A stretch of 64,000 nt of DNA from an uncultured Eubacteriales bacterium (GCA_964429695.1 CAYSCS010000101.1:19901-83900), one strand, 5' to 3'; shown: positions 33,361 through 43,300, counted from the first letter of the stretch. Notes: generated by a model from the letters alone, not told the origin. Made by a program: numbers and translations.

Positions 33361-34497
33361 TTATAGCCATTTCTTATAGACCCGATAGATTTTATAAATT
33401 TTTCCCCCCATTCTTTCCATCTCGGCTCTTACTCGTAGATTTGACTCCATTTCATGATGGGTATCGATAACCTCAAAGCCAGCCTCTTGAGCCGAGCGAA
33501 TCATCTTCACACCCATGAGCACATCAATCCCTAGTCCTCTGTATCTTTCTTTAATCGCCCCTAAGAGCAAATCCAGCTGTTTAGTTTTCTTAGCAGCCCT
33601 AAGGATTTTTAGAAAGCCAAACGGGAAAAGCCTTCCCCTTGCTCTCTGGATACCTTGGGTAAAATCTGGAAGGCCGACGATAAAAGCAATAATTTCCTCA
33701 TCTTTTTTTACTATTTTCACAAAGCGAGGGTCAATCAAAGGCAAATATCTCCTAGCTAAGTCTTCCATCTCCCTTTCATCAAGAGGTGTATAACCGTAAA
33801 TGTTGCTCTGGGTATAACATTCATTCATCAGCCCGAGCACAGGCTTAATCCATTGTTTGAGGTCTTTTTTCTTCCGAAATTCAAGGATTTCAAAATTTCC
33901 CCTCTTCTTTATTCTTTCATAAATCTTAAGGTAGAAATCAGGGACCTGTTTAGGAACTTCTAATTTGTAAACAAAATAATCCACATCCTTTGTGTAACCC
34001 ATTTTTTCTACGAATCTTGGCATCCAATCAAAATTATGGTAAGTGGCTATTGTAGCCCGATTTTCAAAACCCTTGATCAGAAAGCCCTCAGGATCCTGGT
34101 CTGAAAAACCGTAAGGCCCGACGATTTTCTCCATTCCTCTCTCTTTTGCCCAGTTCTCAACCTTTTCCAGTAAAGCTCTAACCACCTCCTCATCTTCCCA
34201 TGTCTCAAGATAGCCAAATCTCGCTGTTTTCTCCTTTTTGTAACTGTTGTAGCGATTATTTATAATCCCCATTATCCTTCCCACTACTTGCTCCTCTCTC
34301 AAGGCAAGAAGAAGGGTGGTTTCACAATAGGAAAAGGCCTTATTCTTTTTTGGGTTGAAATATTTCCACTCGTCAAAATAAAGAGGAGGAACCCATGTCT
34401 TGTGAGTGGCGTGGATTTTCTCCGGGAGATAAATGAACTCCCTCAAATCCTTGCGGCTTTTTACTTCTTTGATTGTGATCTTCATCGAGCTCCTCAA
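33361..34497 (-). CDS. Conserved hypothetical protein, possibly a two-domain GNAT/FemAB-like acyltransferase
   Basis: 378 aa. The layout 'LREFIYLPEKIH...WVPPLY' plus an acyl-CoA N-acyltransferase-like core resembles FemAB-related or BioF2-like acetyltransferase families. This is weakly supported by eye. Confidence 0.35.
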   Translation of the reverse strand: MRSSMKITIKEVKSRKDLREFIYLPEKIHATHKTWVPPLYFDEWKYFNPKKNKAFSYCETTLLLALREEQVVGRIMGIINNRYNSYKKEKTARFGYLETWEDEEVVRALLEKVENWAKERGMEKIVGPYGFSDQDPEGFLIKGFENRATIATYHNFDWMPRFVEKMGYTKDVDYFVYKLEVPKQVPDFYLKIYERIKKRGNFEILEFRKKKDLKQWIKPVLGLMNECYTQSNIYGYTPLDEREMEDLARRYLPLIDPRFVKIVKKDEEIIAFIVGLPDFTQGIQRARGRLFPFGFLKILRAAKKTKQLDLLLGAIKERYRGLGIDVLMGVKMIRSAQEAGFEVIDTHHEMESNLRVRAEMERMGGKIYKIYRVYKKWL

Positions 34498-35217
34498 CCT
34501 CTTTCGTCTTTTTAGATTTATCCTACATTGTCTTTAAAAAATCAATAGTCTCTTTTGTCTTCGTTTTTCGATTCGAAAACAAAATAAATATTCTCCGCCA
34601 TGGTTAATCTCTTGACGGATAGATAAAATTTTTTATGCTTGATTTGTGAATAAAAGATATAATTTTTGTGGCCTGGGAAGATTAAGAGTTAAGCGCTCGC
34701 CGCGGATTTATTAGTCATTACTTTGAAAGGCAAAAGATGTTCTCTACCGATTTCTTTTCAAAACTAGATATCTATCAACTAATTCGAAGAAGAGAAAAAT
34801 TAAGAAAGGGGAAAAGAAGGAGAAGCAGAAGTAAAAAACCTGAGGAGCAGCGATTCCTCCACAAATTCCTTTGGTGCTCTCCTTGGCTGAGGAGCAGAGG
34901 TGTTTTTCAATTAAAAACTGATTGAAGGGGAAGATTAGAGCTTGTTGCCTCATGAGGAAATCCATACCAAACCATAATCATTCCCTCAAGTAAGAATCTC
35001 TACTAAAACTTATACGCCTTACCTTCTTAGCTGATAATTAGAGACCATCTCTTTTATCATTTCTTGTCTTTTCCTTTTGAACAATTTTTGAGTAGATTTT
35101 CTCATGGAGCAATGAGTCATTTTCATATAGATTCTAAGTGAGGCAATTCGCGAGGTTGACAAGCGGAAGAAAAGATGATTAAAATTCACATCTATATATT
35201 TAATCCTGATTGTTACG

Positions 35218-36537
35218 ATGAGACTTGCCACATTTCCCCGTGGTATTTATCCTCCTGAATTAAAAGAGAGTACAGAAAACAAGCCCCTTGAAAAAATGCC
35301 TCCGCCAGAAAGGGTGATGATTCCTCTCCTCCAGCACTTCGGCAATCCTGCTCAGCCTTTGGTCAAGAAGGGAGATGAAGTTTATCTAGGCCAAAAAATA
35401 GGAGAAGGGAAATCTCTCTTTTCTTCTTCCGTCCACGCAAGTGTTTCCGGAAAAGTTCTCGCCGTTGAAGACTTCCCCCATCCTCTTGGTAGCCCTGTAC
35501 TCAGCGTAAGTATAGCCAATGACGGGAAAGATCGCACCGAAGAAGGGCCTAAGGACTCAAAGGATCCCTTCACCCTTACACCAGATGAGATTCGGAATAG
35601 AGTTAGGGAGGCAGGGATTGTCGGTCTTGGGGGCGCAGCTTTCCCAACCTCTGTAAAACTTACTCCGCCAAAAGACAAACCCATTGATACAGTAATCATC
35701 AATGGGTGTGAATGTGAACCATTCCTTACCTCTGATTACAGGCTGATGATTGAATACCCAGATGACATCCTTAATGGAGCAGAGCTGATTCGGATTGCAT
35801 GCGGGGCACAGAAAATAATCATCGGGATTGAGGATAACAAGAAAAAGGCCTTTGAAATCTTATCCCCAAAGAGCAAAAGACCCGAAGTGAAGGTTGTGCT
35901 CTTAAAGACAAAATATCCTCAGGGAGCAGAAAAAAACCTCATCTTCGCCCTCCTTAGACGAGAGGTTCCGAGAGGGGGCCTTCCCTTTGATGTCGGAGTT
36001 GTGGTCCAGAATGTGGGCACCTCCAAAGCAATCTGGGAGGCTGTCAGTAAAGCCAAGCCTCTCTACGAAAGAGCGCTTACAGTCTCAGGAGATGCTGTCA
36101 GAGAACCCAAGAACCTCTTGGTTCGGATTGGGACACCTTTCAAGAATGTATTAGATTTCTGCGGGGGATTGAATGACAACGCTTCCTTGGTAGTAATGGG
36201 AGGCCCGATGATGGGGGTTTCACAGGGCCTTTTGGAAGTCCCTGTGGTAAAGGGGACTTCTGGAATTTTAGCCTGGGAAAAGGCCCCTTCCTTTATTGAA
36301 TTTCCCTGCATCCGTTGTTCCCGATGCATCTCTCATTGCCCCATGGGCCTTGTTCCCACGCAAATCATAAAATACGTGAAATATGATGACTTAGAAAACG
36401 CCGAGGCCTGGGGGGTGCTCGATTGTATTGAATGCGGTTGTTGCCAATATGTCTGCCCGGCAAAAATTCCTCTTGTTCACTGGCTTCGAATCGGAAAGTC
36501 AAGAATCTTCAGCATCAGAAAGAAAAAGAAGGAATGA
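35218..36537 (+). CDS. rnfC: Rnf electron transport complex subunit C (NADH-binding, 2x[4Fe-4S])
   Basis: Carries 'SGKVLAVEDFPHPLG' and 'GIVGLGGAAFPTSVKL'. The C-terminus carries CxxCxxCxxxCP x2. Confidence 0.92.
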   Translation: MRLATFPRGIYPPELKESTENKPLEKMPPPERVMIPLLQHFGNPAQPLVKKGDEVYLGQKIGEGKSLFSSSVHASVSGKVLAVEDFPHPLGSPVLSVSIANDGKDRTEEGPKDSKDPFTLTPDEIRNRVREAGIVGLGGAAFPTSVKLTPPKDKPIDTVIINGCECEPFLTSDYRLMIEYPDDILNGAELIRIACGAQKIIIGIEDNKKKAFEILSPKSKRPEVKVVLLKTKYPQGAEKNLIFALLRREVPRGGLPFDVGVVVQNVGTSKAIWEAVSKAKPLYERALTVSGDAVREPKNLLVRIGTPFKNVLDFCGGLNDNASLVVMGGPMMGVSQGLLEVPVVKGTSGILAWEKAPSFIEFPCIRCSRCISHCPMGLVPTQIIKYVKYDDLENAEAWGVLDCIECGCCQYVCPAKIPLVHWLRIGKSRIFSIRKKKKE

Positions 36538-37517
36538 TGAGTAAGGTAGAGAAAACCTTGATCTTACAATCTTCTCCACATCTGAGGGATAGAGAATCTG
36601 TTCCAAGAATCATGTATACTGTGGTTTTAGCACTTGTGCCCCCTATTGCAGCGTCTCTCTATTTTTTCAGATTGAGGGCTGCGGTCCTCCTCTTCTCCTG
36701 TGTTCTTGCTTCTCTAACGACAGAGGCTCTTTTCCTCTGGCTGAGAAAGAAACCCTTCTTCTTCATCTTGGATGGCTCTGCAATCATAACCGGACTCCTC
36801 CTGGCGATGACCCTCCCCCCATCCATTCCCCTCGACATTGCAGTTCTAGGTGCGTTTGTAGCCATCTCGCTGGGCAAACAGGTTTTTGGAGGGCTGGGCT
36901 ATAATATTTTTAATCCTGCTCTCGTAGGGCGCGCTTTTCTGCAGAGTGCCTTTCCTGTGGCCATGACAACCTGGATTCCACCTGTCACCCTGAAGGTAGA
37001 TACGGCCACCTTCGCCACCCCCCTCGGGAATCTAAAGTTCCAACATGCTCTTTCTCTCGGCACCCTCACTCCTTTAAAGGAACTTTTCTGGGGAAATATT
37101 GGCGGATGTTTGGGTGAAACTTCTGCCTTCGCCATTCTCCTTGGAGCTTCATATTTAATCTACCGTCGAACCATTGACTGGCGTATTCCCTTGGGAATAA
37201 TAACCTCTCTCTTTATCTTCACAGGGGCGCTCTGGATTGCTAGTCCCTTTAAATTCGCCCCTCCTCTCTTCCATCTCTTCGCAGGAGGGCTTCTTATAGG
37301 AGCTTTCTTTATGGCTACTGACATGGTCACCTCTCCTCTCCATAAGACGGGAATATGGATATATTCGGTTGGCATAGGATTAATCATCTCTCTAATTCGT
37401 CTCTTTGGTGGTTTCCCCGAAGGAGTCATGTATTCCATCCTTTTCATGAACGCCTTTGTTCCACTCTTAAATCGATTTACCAGACCACGAATTTTGGGAG
37501 AAAGAAGAAGAAAATGA
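36534..37517 (+). CDS. rnfD: Rnf complex subunit D (membrane, FMN-binding)
   Basis: A polytopic membrane protein with RnfD/NqrB-like similarity. The probable start is 'MMSKVEK', overlapping the rnfC stop by 4 nt; the six-frame ORF begins earlier, at 36432. Confidence 0.88.
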   Translation: MMSKVEKTLILQSSPHLRDRESVPRIMYTVVLALVPPIAASLYFFRLRAAVLLFSCVLASLTTEALFLWLRKKPFFFILDGSAIITGLLLAMTLPPSIPLDIAVLGAFVAISLGKQVFGGLGYNIFNPALVGRAFLQSAFPVAMTTWIPPVTLKVDTATFATPLGNLKFQHALSLGTLTPLKELFWGNIGGCLGETSAFAILLGASYLIYRRTIDWRIPLGIITSLFIFTGALWIASPFKFAPPLFHLFAGGLLIGAFFMATDMVTSPLHKTGIWIYSVGIGLIISLIRLFGGFPEGVMYSILFMNAFVPLLNRFTRPRILGERRRK

Positions 37518-38119
37518 GTCTCTCAGCAAGAATAATTCTAGTTCTTACCTGTGTGGGTCTTCTCTCAGGTGGATTTCTTGCCACGGTGGGACTCTTAACC
37601 AAAGAGAGAATAGCCCTAAATAGAGAGAAAGAGATAGAAGAAGCCATCCTCGCGGTAGTCCCTGGCGCAAGTTCCAGCCAAAAATTATATGAAGGAGAAG
37701 GGCTTACCATTTACGCTGGAAAAGATGCTTCTGGAGTATTAAGAGGTTATGCCATACATGCTTCAGGAGTAGGCTTTCAGGATAAAATTGTGCTTATGTT
37801 TGGAACTAATCCCGCCCTTACCAAGATAAGAAAACTTGCCGTTCTTGAACAGAAAGAGACCCCTGGCCTGGGCGCAAAAATAACAGATGAGGAATCTTTC
37901 TTGAGATACTGGGAAGAGAAAGATTGCACAACAGAACTCAAGCTCCGCAAGCCTGCAGCAAGTTCTCCACAAGAACTCTCCCCTTCCGAAGTCAACACCA
38001 TTACCGGAGCTACAATCTCATCTGAGGCCGTTTTAAAAACAGTAAATCTTTCCCTTAAGCTCCTGAAGGGGTTGCAATTGGAGCGAGAGCTCTTAGGCGA
38101 GGAAAAAGATGAAGAATAG
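37514..38119 (+). CDS. rnfG: Rnf complex subunit G (FMN-binding, periplasmic)
   Basis: An N-terminal TM anchor reads 'MSLSARIILVLTCVGLLSGGFL'. The flavinylation motif 'TITGATISS' is present. The probable start overlaps the rnfD stop; the six-frame ORF begins at 37355. Confidence 0.85.
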   Translation: MSLSARIILVLTCVGLLSGGFLATVGLLTKERIALNREKEIEEAILAVVPGASSSQKLYEGEGLTIYAGKDASGVLRGYAIHASGVGFQDKIVLMFGTNPALTKIRKLAVLEQKETPGLGAKITDEESFLRYWEEKDCTTELKLRKPAASSPQELSPSEVNTITGATISSEAVLKTVNLSLKLLKGLQLERELLGEEKDEE

Positions 38120-38720
38120 GACTCTTGCAGAAGATTTTTATAAAGGACTTTGGCAAGAGAACCCTATCTTCCGTCAGTTGCTCGGAATGTGCCCCACCCT
38201 TGCTGTGACCAATGCCGTAATCAATGGGATTGCTATGGGATTGGCAGTCGCCTTTGTGTTAATCTTCAGCTCAGTGATTATTTCTTCCCTAAAAAAAATC
38301 TTTCCACCTCAAGTTAGAATTGCAAGTTACATTGTCATCATCGCCACTTTCGTCACCATCGCCGATCGCTTTCTTCAAGCCTTCTTCCCTTCGATTTCTA
38401 AAAGCCTGGGACCATACGTCCCTCTTATAGTAGTAAATTGCATCATACTTGCTCGACAAGAGGCATTCTCTTCAAAGAACCCTGTCGGTCGCTCTTTCAT
38501 CGATGCCTTGGGTATGAGCGCCGGGTTTATGCTTGGACTTCTCATCCTCAGCTCTATAAGAGAAATCCTGGGTTCAGGGACTTTTCTGGGCTATCAAGTC
38601 CTGGGGAGCTGGTTTAAACCCTGGTTGATCATGATCCTTCCTCCCGGAGCCTTCATGACTCTGGGCATCCTCCTTGCCCTTGCCATTCAAATTGAGAAAA
38701 AGTTAAAGTCAAGGAGTTAA
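38109..38720 (+). CDS. rnfE: Rnf complex subunit E
   Basis: A polytopic membrane protein carrying 'LLGMCPTLAVTNA', the RnfE/NqrD signature. Confidence 0.9.
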   Translation: MKNRTLAEDFYKGLWQENPIFRQLLGMCPTLAVTNAVINGIAMGLAVAFVLIFSSVIISSLKKIFPPQVRIASYIVIIATFVTIADRFLQAFFPSISKSLGPYVPLIVVNCIILARQEAFSSKNPVGRSFIDALGMSAGFMLGLLILSSIREILGSGTFLGYQVLGSWFKPWLIMILPPGAFMTLGILLALAIQIEKKLKSRS

Positions 38721-38724
38721 AGAA

Positions 38725-39300
38725 GTGGATATCTTCACCATCTTTGTCTCATCCATCTTAATCAACAACTTCGTGCTCCACTACTTCCTTGGAATCTGTC
38801 CTTTTCTTGGGGTGAGTAAAAAACTTGATTCTGCTTTTTCCATGGGTCTTTCTGTAACTTTTGTGATGACCATCACCGCCTCTGTTTCCTGGCTCATAAA
38901 CCACTTGATCCTCATCCCTTACAATCTGGATTACCTCCAGATTGTCTCCTTCATCCTGGTCATCGCCTCGCTTGTTCAGCTGGTTGAAATGTTTATCCGT
39001 AAAATGAGCCCTCCGCTTTACCAGGCAATGGGAATCTACCTCCCCCTGATCACCACGAATTGTTGCATCATGGGTCTTGCCCTCCTCATCGCCCTCAAAG
39101 ATTATGGGTTCATCGAAGCCGTTGTCTTTGGGGTTGGGTCGGGAATTGGCTTTACTCTAGCCATACTGTTGATGGCAGGGATTAGAGAGCAACTTGAAAT
39201 CTCGGACTTACCAGAGCCTCTCAGAGGAGCTTCAATTGCTCTTATCGTTGCAGGAATTATGGCCCTTGGCTTTCTCGGATTTTCGGGAATGATAAAATGA
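38725..39300 (+). CDS. rnfA: Rnf complex subunit A
   Basis: A polytopic membrane protein carrying 'FLGICPFLGVSKK', the RnfA/NqrE signature. Confidence 0.9.
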   Translation: MDIFTIFVSSILINNFVLHYFLGICPFLGVSKKLDSAFSMGLSVTFVMTITASVSWLINHLILIPYNLDYLQIVSFILVIASLVQLVEMFIRKMSPPLYQAMGIYLPLITTNCCIMGLALLIALKDYGFIEAVVFGVGSGIGFTLAILLMAGIREQLEISDLPEPLRGASIALIVAGIMALGFLGFSGMIK

Positions 39301-40106
39301 CGAATCTCCTGGTCCCAATCTTAACCATGGGAGGGCTCGGCCTCCTCTTCTCTGTTGGTCTTGTCTTTGCCTATAAGAAACTCCGGGTAGAGGAAGACCC
39401 CAGGGTGGAAAAAATCGCTGAAATACTCCCTCAGGCAAACTGCGGGGCATGTGGTTTTTCAGGTTGCCGCAATTTTGCCGAAGCAGTGGTAAAAGGGTCT
39501 GCTTCTCCATCCAGCTGTCCTGTTGGAGGAGAACAGGTTGCAAAGCAAATTGCTGAGACCCTCGGTATCTCAGCTGGAGAAGTGATTAAGAAAGTAGCAA
39601 GAATCCATTGTCGGGGCACGTGGCAAGCAGCTAAACCCAGAGGAAATTACGCAGGCATCCCTACCTGCCTTGGAGCTCAGCTAATAGGAGGGAACAAGCT
39701 TTGTAGCTACGGATGTCTGGGCCTCGGCGACTGCGTGAGGGCATGTCTTTTTGACGCCATGTTCATGAATGAAGATGGCCTGCCAGAGGTAAGAGAAGAT
39801 AAATGTACAGCCTGTGGAAAGTGCGTCGAGGCCTGCCCGCGAAACATCATTGAACTCCATCCTCTCTCTCACAAAATAATTGTCTTCTGTCGTTCCAAGG
39901 ATAGAGGGGCTGTGTCAAAAAAAGCGTGTCACAATGCCTGCATTGCCTGCGGAATATGTGCCAGGGCAGCCCCAGAAGCAATCATAATGGAAAACAACCT
40001 TGCCAAAATAATTGATTATAATAAAATTAAAGATGAGCAGGTTCTTGAAATAGAAAAATGTCCAACAGGAGCAATAGGAAGGCTGGAGAAGAGGGATGAA
40101 GGATAA
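39297..40106 (+). CDS. rnfB: Rnf complex subunit B (ferredoxin-type)
   Basis: An N-terminal TM helix is followed by 'CGACGFSGCRNFAEAV' and multiple CxxCxxCxxxCP motifs. Confidence 0.88.
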   Translation: MTNLLVPILTMGGLGLLFSVGLVFAYKKLRVEEDPRVEKIAEILPQANCGACGFSGCRNFAEAVVKGSASPSSCPVGGEQVAKQIAETLGISAGEVIKKVARIHCRGTWQAAKPRGNYAGIPTCLGAQLIGGNKLCSYGCLGLGDCVRACLFDAMFMNEDGLPEVREDKCTACGKCVEACPRNIIELHPLSHKIIVFCRSKDRGAVSKKACHNACIACGICARAAPEAIIMENNLAKIIDYNKIKDEQVLEIEKCPTGAIGRLEKRDEG

Positions 40107-40539
40107 AGCAAAAGTTATAAGCATCGAAGGGGAATTCTCACGGGTAGAAGTCCAATGCCTCTTCACGGCGTGCGAGAGATGCTCAGCACGCAATCTATGC
40201 AGAGGAGATGACCCAGATTCCAGGCTCTTGCTCGTTAAAAATCCTCTTGGGGCAAAACCTGGAGACATGGTGACAATCGAGGTTCCTGAAGACTCTTACA
40301 CTAGAAGTTTAATCTCTATCTTCGGCTTCCTGCTTTTATCTTCTCTTCTGGGAATGGGACTAGGCTTTTTGTCTTCACGGTTGGTTGTTTTTTCTCCCGA
40401 GATATTGAGCATCGCGGGGCTTCTCTCTGGCCTCTTCATCTGTGGCTTTTTACTTTTAAACCGTTTTCGAAAAAAAAACTTACTCACCCTTTACCCTGTT
40501 ATAATTTCAATCTTAAATAAAGGAGAGGACAATGGATAG
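40096..40539 (+). CDS. rseC: RseC/MucC family protein (SoxR-reducing system / sigma-E positive regulator-like), associated with Rnf
   Basis: A Cys-containing N-terminus ('VQCLFTACERCSARNLCRG') is followed by two TM helices. This is the typical RseC arrangement, located after rnf/rsx genes. Confidence 0.7.
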   Translation: MKDKAKVISIEGEFSRVEVQCLFTACERCSARNLCRGDDPDSRLLLVKNPLGAKPGDMVTIEVPEDSYTRSLISIFGFLLLSSLLGMGLGFLSSRLVVFSPEILSIAGLLSGLFICGFLLLNRFRKKNLLTLYPVIISILNKGEDNG

Positions 40540-41266
40540 ACGTTCCTTTCTGGGTTCAATCATCCTTACTCCGCTCTTATCCCATTTTTTAAATGCAGAT
40601 GAGAGACAACCTTCAACTCTCAGCCTCCATTTAATATCCGATTTTCCGCATGATTTTTTGCCCCAGATTCTTTATGACTTAAGAGAGAGAGGTATCAATT
40701 TCGGCCGCAGAGTTTGGTTTCCGGAAAATACTCCTTATAGAATGCAGCTCGAAAAATCGTTTTCTGCTAACGGCTGGGAGGTAGCTAAAAACACCTCAAC
40801 TGCCTCTTTTATCCTCAATCATAATCTCTTAAGCAGAGAAAGCCTTCCCTCCTTTTCCCTTGTTGAAAAGGGAAGGGTGAAAGACATAAGGTCAGGAAAA
40901 CTAATTCATCTCTGGAAAGAAATGGTCAAAAGGAATCCCTCTTCTTCTCTCTTAACCACTGCTACTTTAAAGAAAGGTTTTCCTTCTTTATCTTCAGGAG
41001 AGGAGGCTACCGTATTCTTCATGGGGAGAAAAAGAGCAATTTTATCTCTTAAAATAGACAAGATTTATCTCTTCCGCCATAAGCAACATGAAATCTGTGT
41101 AAAAATTGAGAAAAGGAAGGCATGGGTAGAATCATCTTCCTGCTCCCAAAAAATCTGCTGCCATACCCCTCCTGCCTCCCTTGAGGGAGAGCGCATCATC
41201 TGCGCTCCCAATCATTTCATCCTGGAGATAAACCCCTCTCCTTCAATAGATACATCAGTTGGATAA
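40532..41266 (+). CDS. Hypothetical secreted protein with a C-terminal Cys cluster, embedded in the rnf-apbE operon
   Basis: 244 aa with an N-terminal signal-like 'MDRRSFLGSIILTPLLSHFLNA'. The C-terminus reads 'SSSCSQKICCHTPPAS...ICAPNHF'. It overlaps both neighbouring genes by 8 nt, and no known domain is recognised. Confidence 0.5.
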   Translation: MDRRSFLGSIILTPLLSHFLNADERQPSTLSLHLISDFPHDFLPQILYDLRERGINFGRRVWFPENTPYRMQLEKSFSANGWEVAKNTSTASFILNHNLLSRESLPSFSLVEKGRVKDIRSGKLIHLWKEMVKRNPSSSLLTTATLKKGFPSLSSGEEATVFFMGRKRAILSLKIDKIYLFRHKQHEICVKIEKRKAWVESSSCSQKICCHTPPASLEGERIICAPNHFILEINPSPSIDTSVG

Positions 41267-42203
41267 AAAATCATCTCTCCTTATAGTTTTTTTCCCTTTA
41301 TTCCTTATCATCTTTTATTTATCCTGCAAAAGGGAAGTGGCTTGGCATTCCTCCACCCTTCTTTTTTTCGATACGGTGTGCGAAATTAAACTTCTTTGCA
41401 CTCCTTCTCAATTCAAGAACGGCGAGAAAGTTGTGGGAAATTTGTTTGAGTCGATTGAAAAAGAATTTTCACCAGAATCCTACAACAATTCTTCAGATTC
41501 ACTAATAAAATTATTCAAGATCGCACTCAAGATTCATCATGACTCTCAAGGCTCTTTCGATATTAGTGTCGGAGCTCTTTCGAAGGTCTGGGGCTTTAAG
41601 AATAAAGCATACAGAGTCCCTCATCTCTTTGAGATTGAGGAAACGCTCAAGCATGTGGGAATGGAAAAAATAAAAATAGATGAAAATTCTCTCTGGCTCC
41701 CTGAGGGTATGGAGCTTGACTGGGGAGGAATTGCAAAGGGGTATGCCGTCGACTTGGCTTCTCAAGAACTTAGGAAAAGGGGAATCTTAAATGGATTTAT
41801 AAACGCAGGAGGAGACCTTTTTTGCTGGGGGCAAAACCCTGAGCACAAGCCGTGGAAGATAGGAATTAAACATCCTCGCGAACCTGGTTTTTTAGGTATA
41901 CTCTCGATTTCCAATTTAGGCGCTTCAACAACCGGCGACTACCAGCGCTATTTTGAGGTCAAGGGAAAAAGATATCATCATGTGTTTAATCCATTTACGG
42001 GCTTCCCTTCCTCTTTTTATCAAAGTGTAACGGTAGTCGGACCTGAAACGACGATATGCGACGCTCTTTCTACGGCTCTCTTTGTTTCGCCTGAACAAGA
42101 AAAAATAATCCGCCTCTATCCCGAATATGGAGTGATTATTGTCGATTCGAAGGGAAAACTTAAAACGTTAGGGAAAAAATATCCCTTTTCACCCCTCGGT
42201 TAG
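41259..42203 (+). CDS. apbE: FAD:protein FMN transferase (flavin transferase ApbE)
   Basis: Carries 'DWGGIAKGYAVD', 'GASTTGDYQRYF' and 'TVVGPETTICDALSTALFV', all ApbE signatures. Confidence 0.9.
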   Translation: MDKKSSLLIVFFPLFLIIFYLSCKREVAWHSSTLLFFDTVCEIKLLCTPSQFKNGEKVVGNLFESIEKEFSPESYNNSSDSLIKLFKIALKIHHDSQGSFDISVGALSKVWGFKNKAYRVPHLFEIEETLKHVGMEKIKIDENSLWLPEGMELDWGGIAKGYAVDLASQELRKRGILNGFINAGGDLFCWGQNPEHKPWKIGIKHPREPGFLGILSISNLGASTTGDYQRYFEVKGKRYHHVFNPFTGFPSSFYQSVTVVGPETTICDALSTALFVSPEQEKIIRLYPEYGVIIVDSKGKLKTLGKKYPFSPLG

Positions 42204-43300
42204 ATTTTCATGGGCATTAATACATATAAATACTGAATTTCATCGTCAACTTCTGGCTTCATCATCACGGCACTATTCTCATCTTTAATCTCAACTACAA
42301 CTCTTTCGTTTTTAACTGTATTCAAGAAATCAAGGAGGTATTGAGAATTAAATCCTATTTCCATCTCCTTCCCTTCATAATCTACTTGTATTCTATCATG
42401 AGCTTCTCCCATTTCCGGACTCGAAGAGAAGAGGTCAACTTGTTTTTTTGAGAGGAAAAGTTTAATGCCTTTTGACCTCTCGGATGAAAGAAGAGAAACC
42501 CTTTTTATTGAGCTAGCCATTTCATCTCGAGAAAAAGAAAGCCTATTAGGATTATCCCGCGGCATGACAGCCTCATAATTAGGAAACTTCCCTTCAATCA
42601 TTCTTGAAATTAATGTCTTATTTTTTACCCTGAAAAAAAGATTGTTTTCGTCCAGGTCAAACTCAATATCCTCTCCATCTAGTTTTTTTATTTCTCCCAA
42701 GGTTTTTTTGGAAACTATTCCTCTCAATTCACCTCCTATCTTCAATCCTTCCAGCTCCTTTTTTGTGTACGATAATCTATGGCCATCCGTACTAACCAGC
42801 TCTATCGATTTATCCTTGATTATCATCAACGCGCCGTTTAGATAATATCGCTGCTCTTGAGTAATAGCATAATAAACCCTATCTATCATCTCCTTGACTT
42901 CTTCTAAGGGAAGAGATATTCCTTTCTCAAACCTGGGCTCAGGAATTTGGGGATAGTCTTCATGTGGTAAACACAGGATCTTAAATTCGCTTGCTCCGGA
43001 TGTAATTTCCATTCTCAACCCTTCAATTTCTTTAAAAGTTATCAACTGTCCATCAGGAATTGATCTCACTATTTCAAATATTTTCTTTCCTGAAACCGTC
43101 AATGCCCCTTCATCTTCTATCCTGGCCGGGAAATGGGTTATCATTCCTACTTCAAGGTCTGTACCTACCATCTCAACCTCATCTTTCTTAACTTTCAACA
43201 GAATATTGGCAAGAATGGGCATTGTATTTTTCTTCTCCACTATCCCCTGTAAAATTTGGAGCTCACCTACTATTTCCTCTTTATTGATTGAAAAAATCAT
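42200..43300 (-). CDS. dnaN: DNA polymerase III beta subunit (sliding clamp)
   Basis: 366 aa, beginning 'MIFSINKEEIVGELQILQGIVEKKNTMPILANILLKV'. Confidence 0.95.
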   Translation of the reverse strand: MIFSINKEEIVGELQILQGIVEKKNTMPILANILLKVKKDEVEMVGTDLEVGMITHFPARIEDEGALTVSGKKIFEIVRSIPDGQLITFKEIEGLRMEITSGASEFKILCLPHEDYPQIPEPRFEKGISLPLEEVKEMIDRVYYAITQEQRYYLNGALMIIKDKSIELVSTDGHRLSYTKKELEGLKIGGELRGIVSKKTLGEIKKLDGEDIEFDLDENNLFFRVKNKTLISRMIEGKFPNYEAVMPRDNPNRLSFSRDEMASSIKRVSLLSSERSKGIKLFLSKKQVDLFSSSPEMGEAHDRIQVDYEGKEMEIGFNSQYLLDFLNTVKNERVVVEIKDENSAVMMKPEVDDEIQYLYVLMPMKI

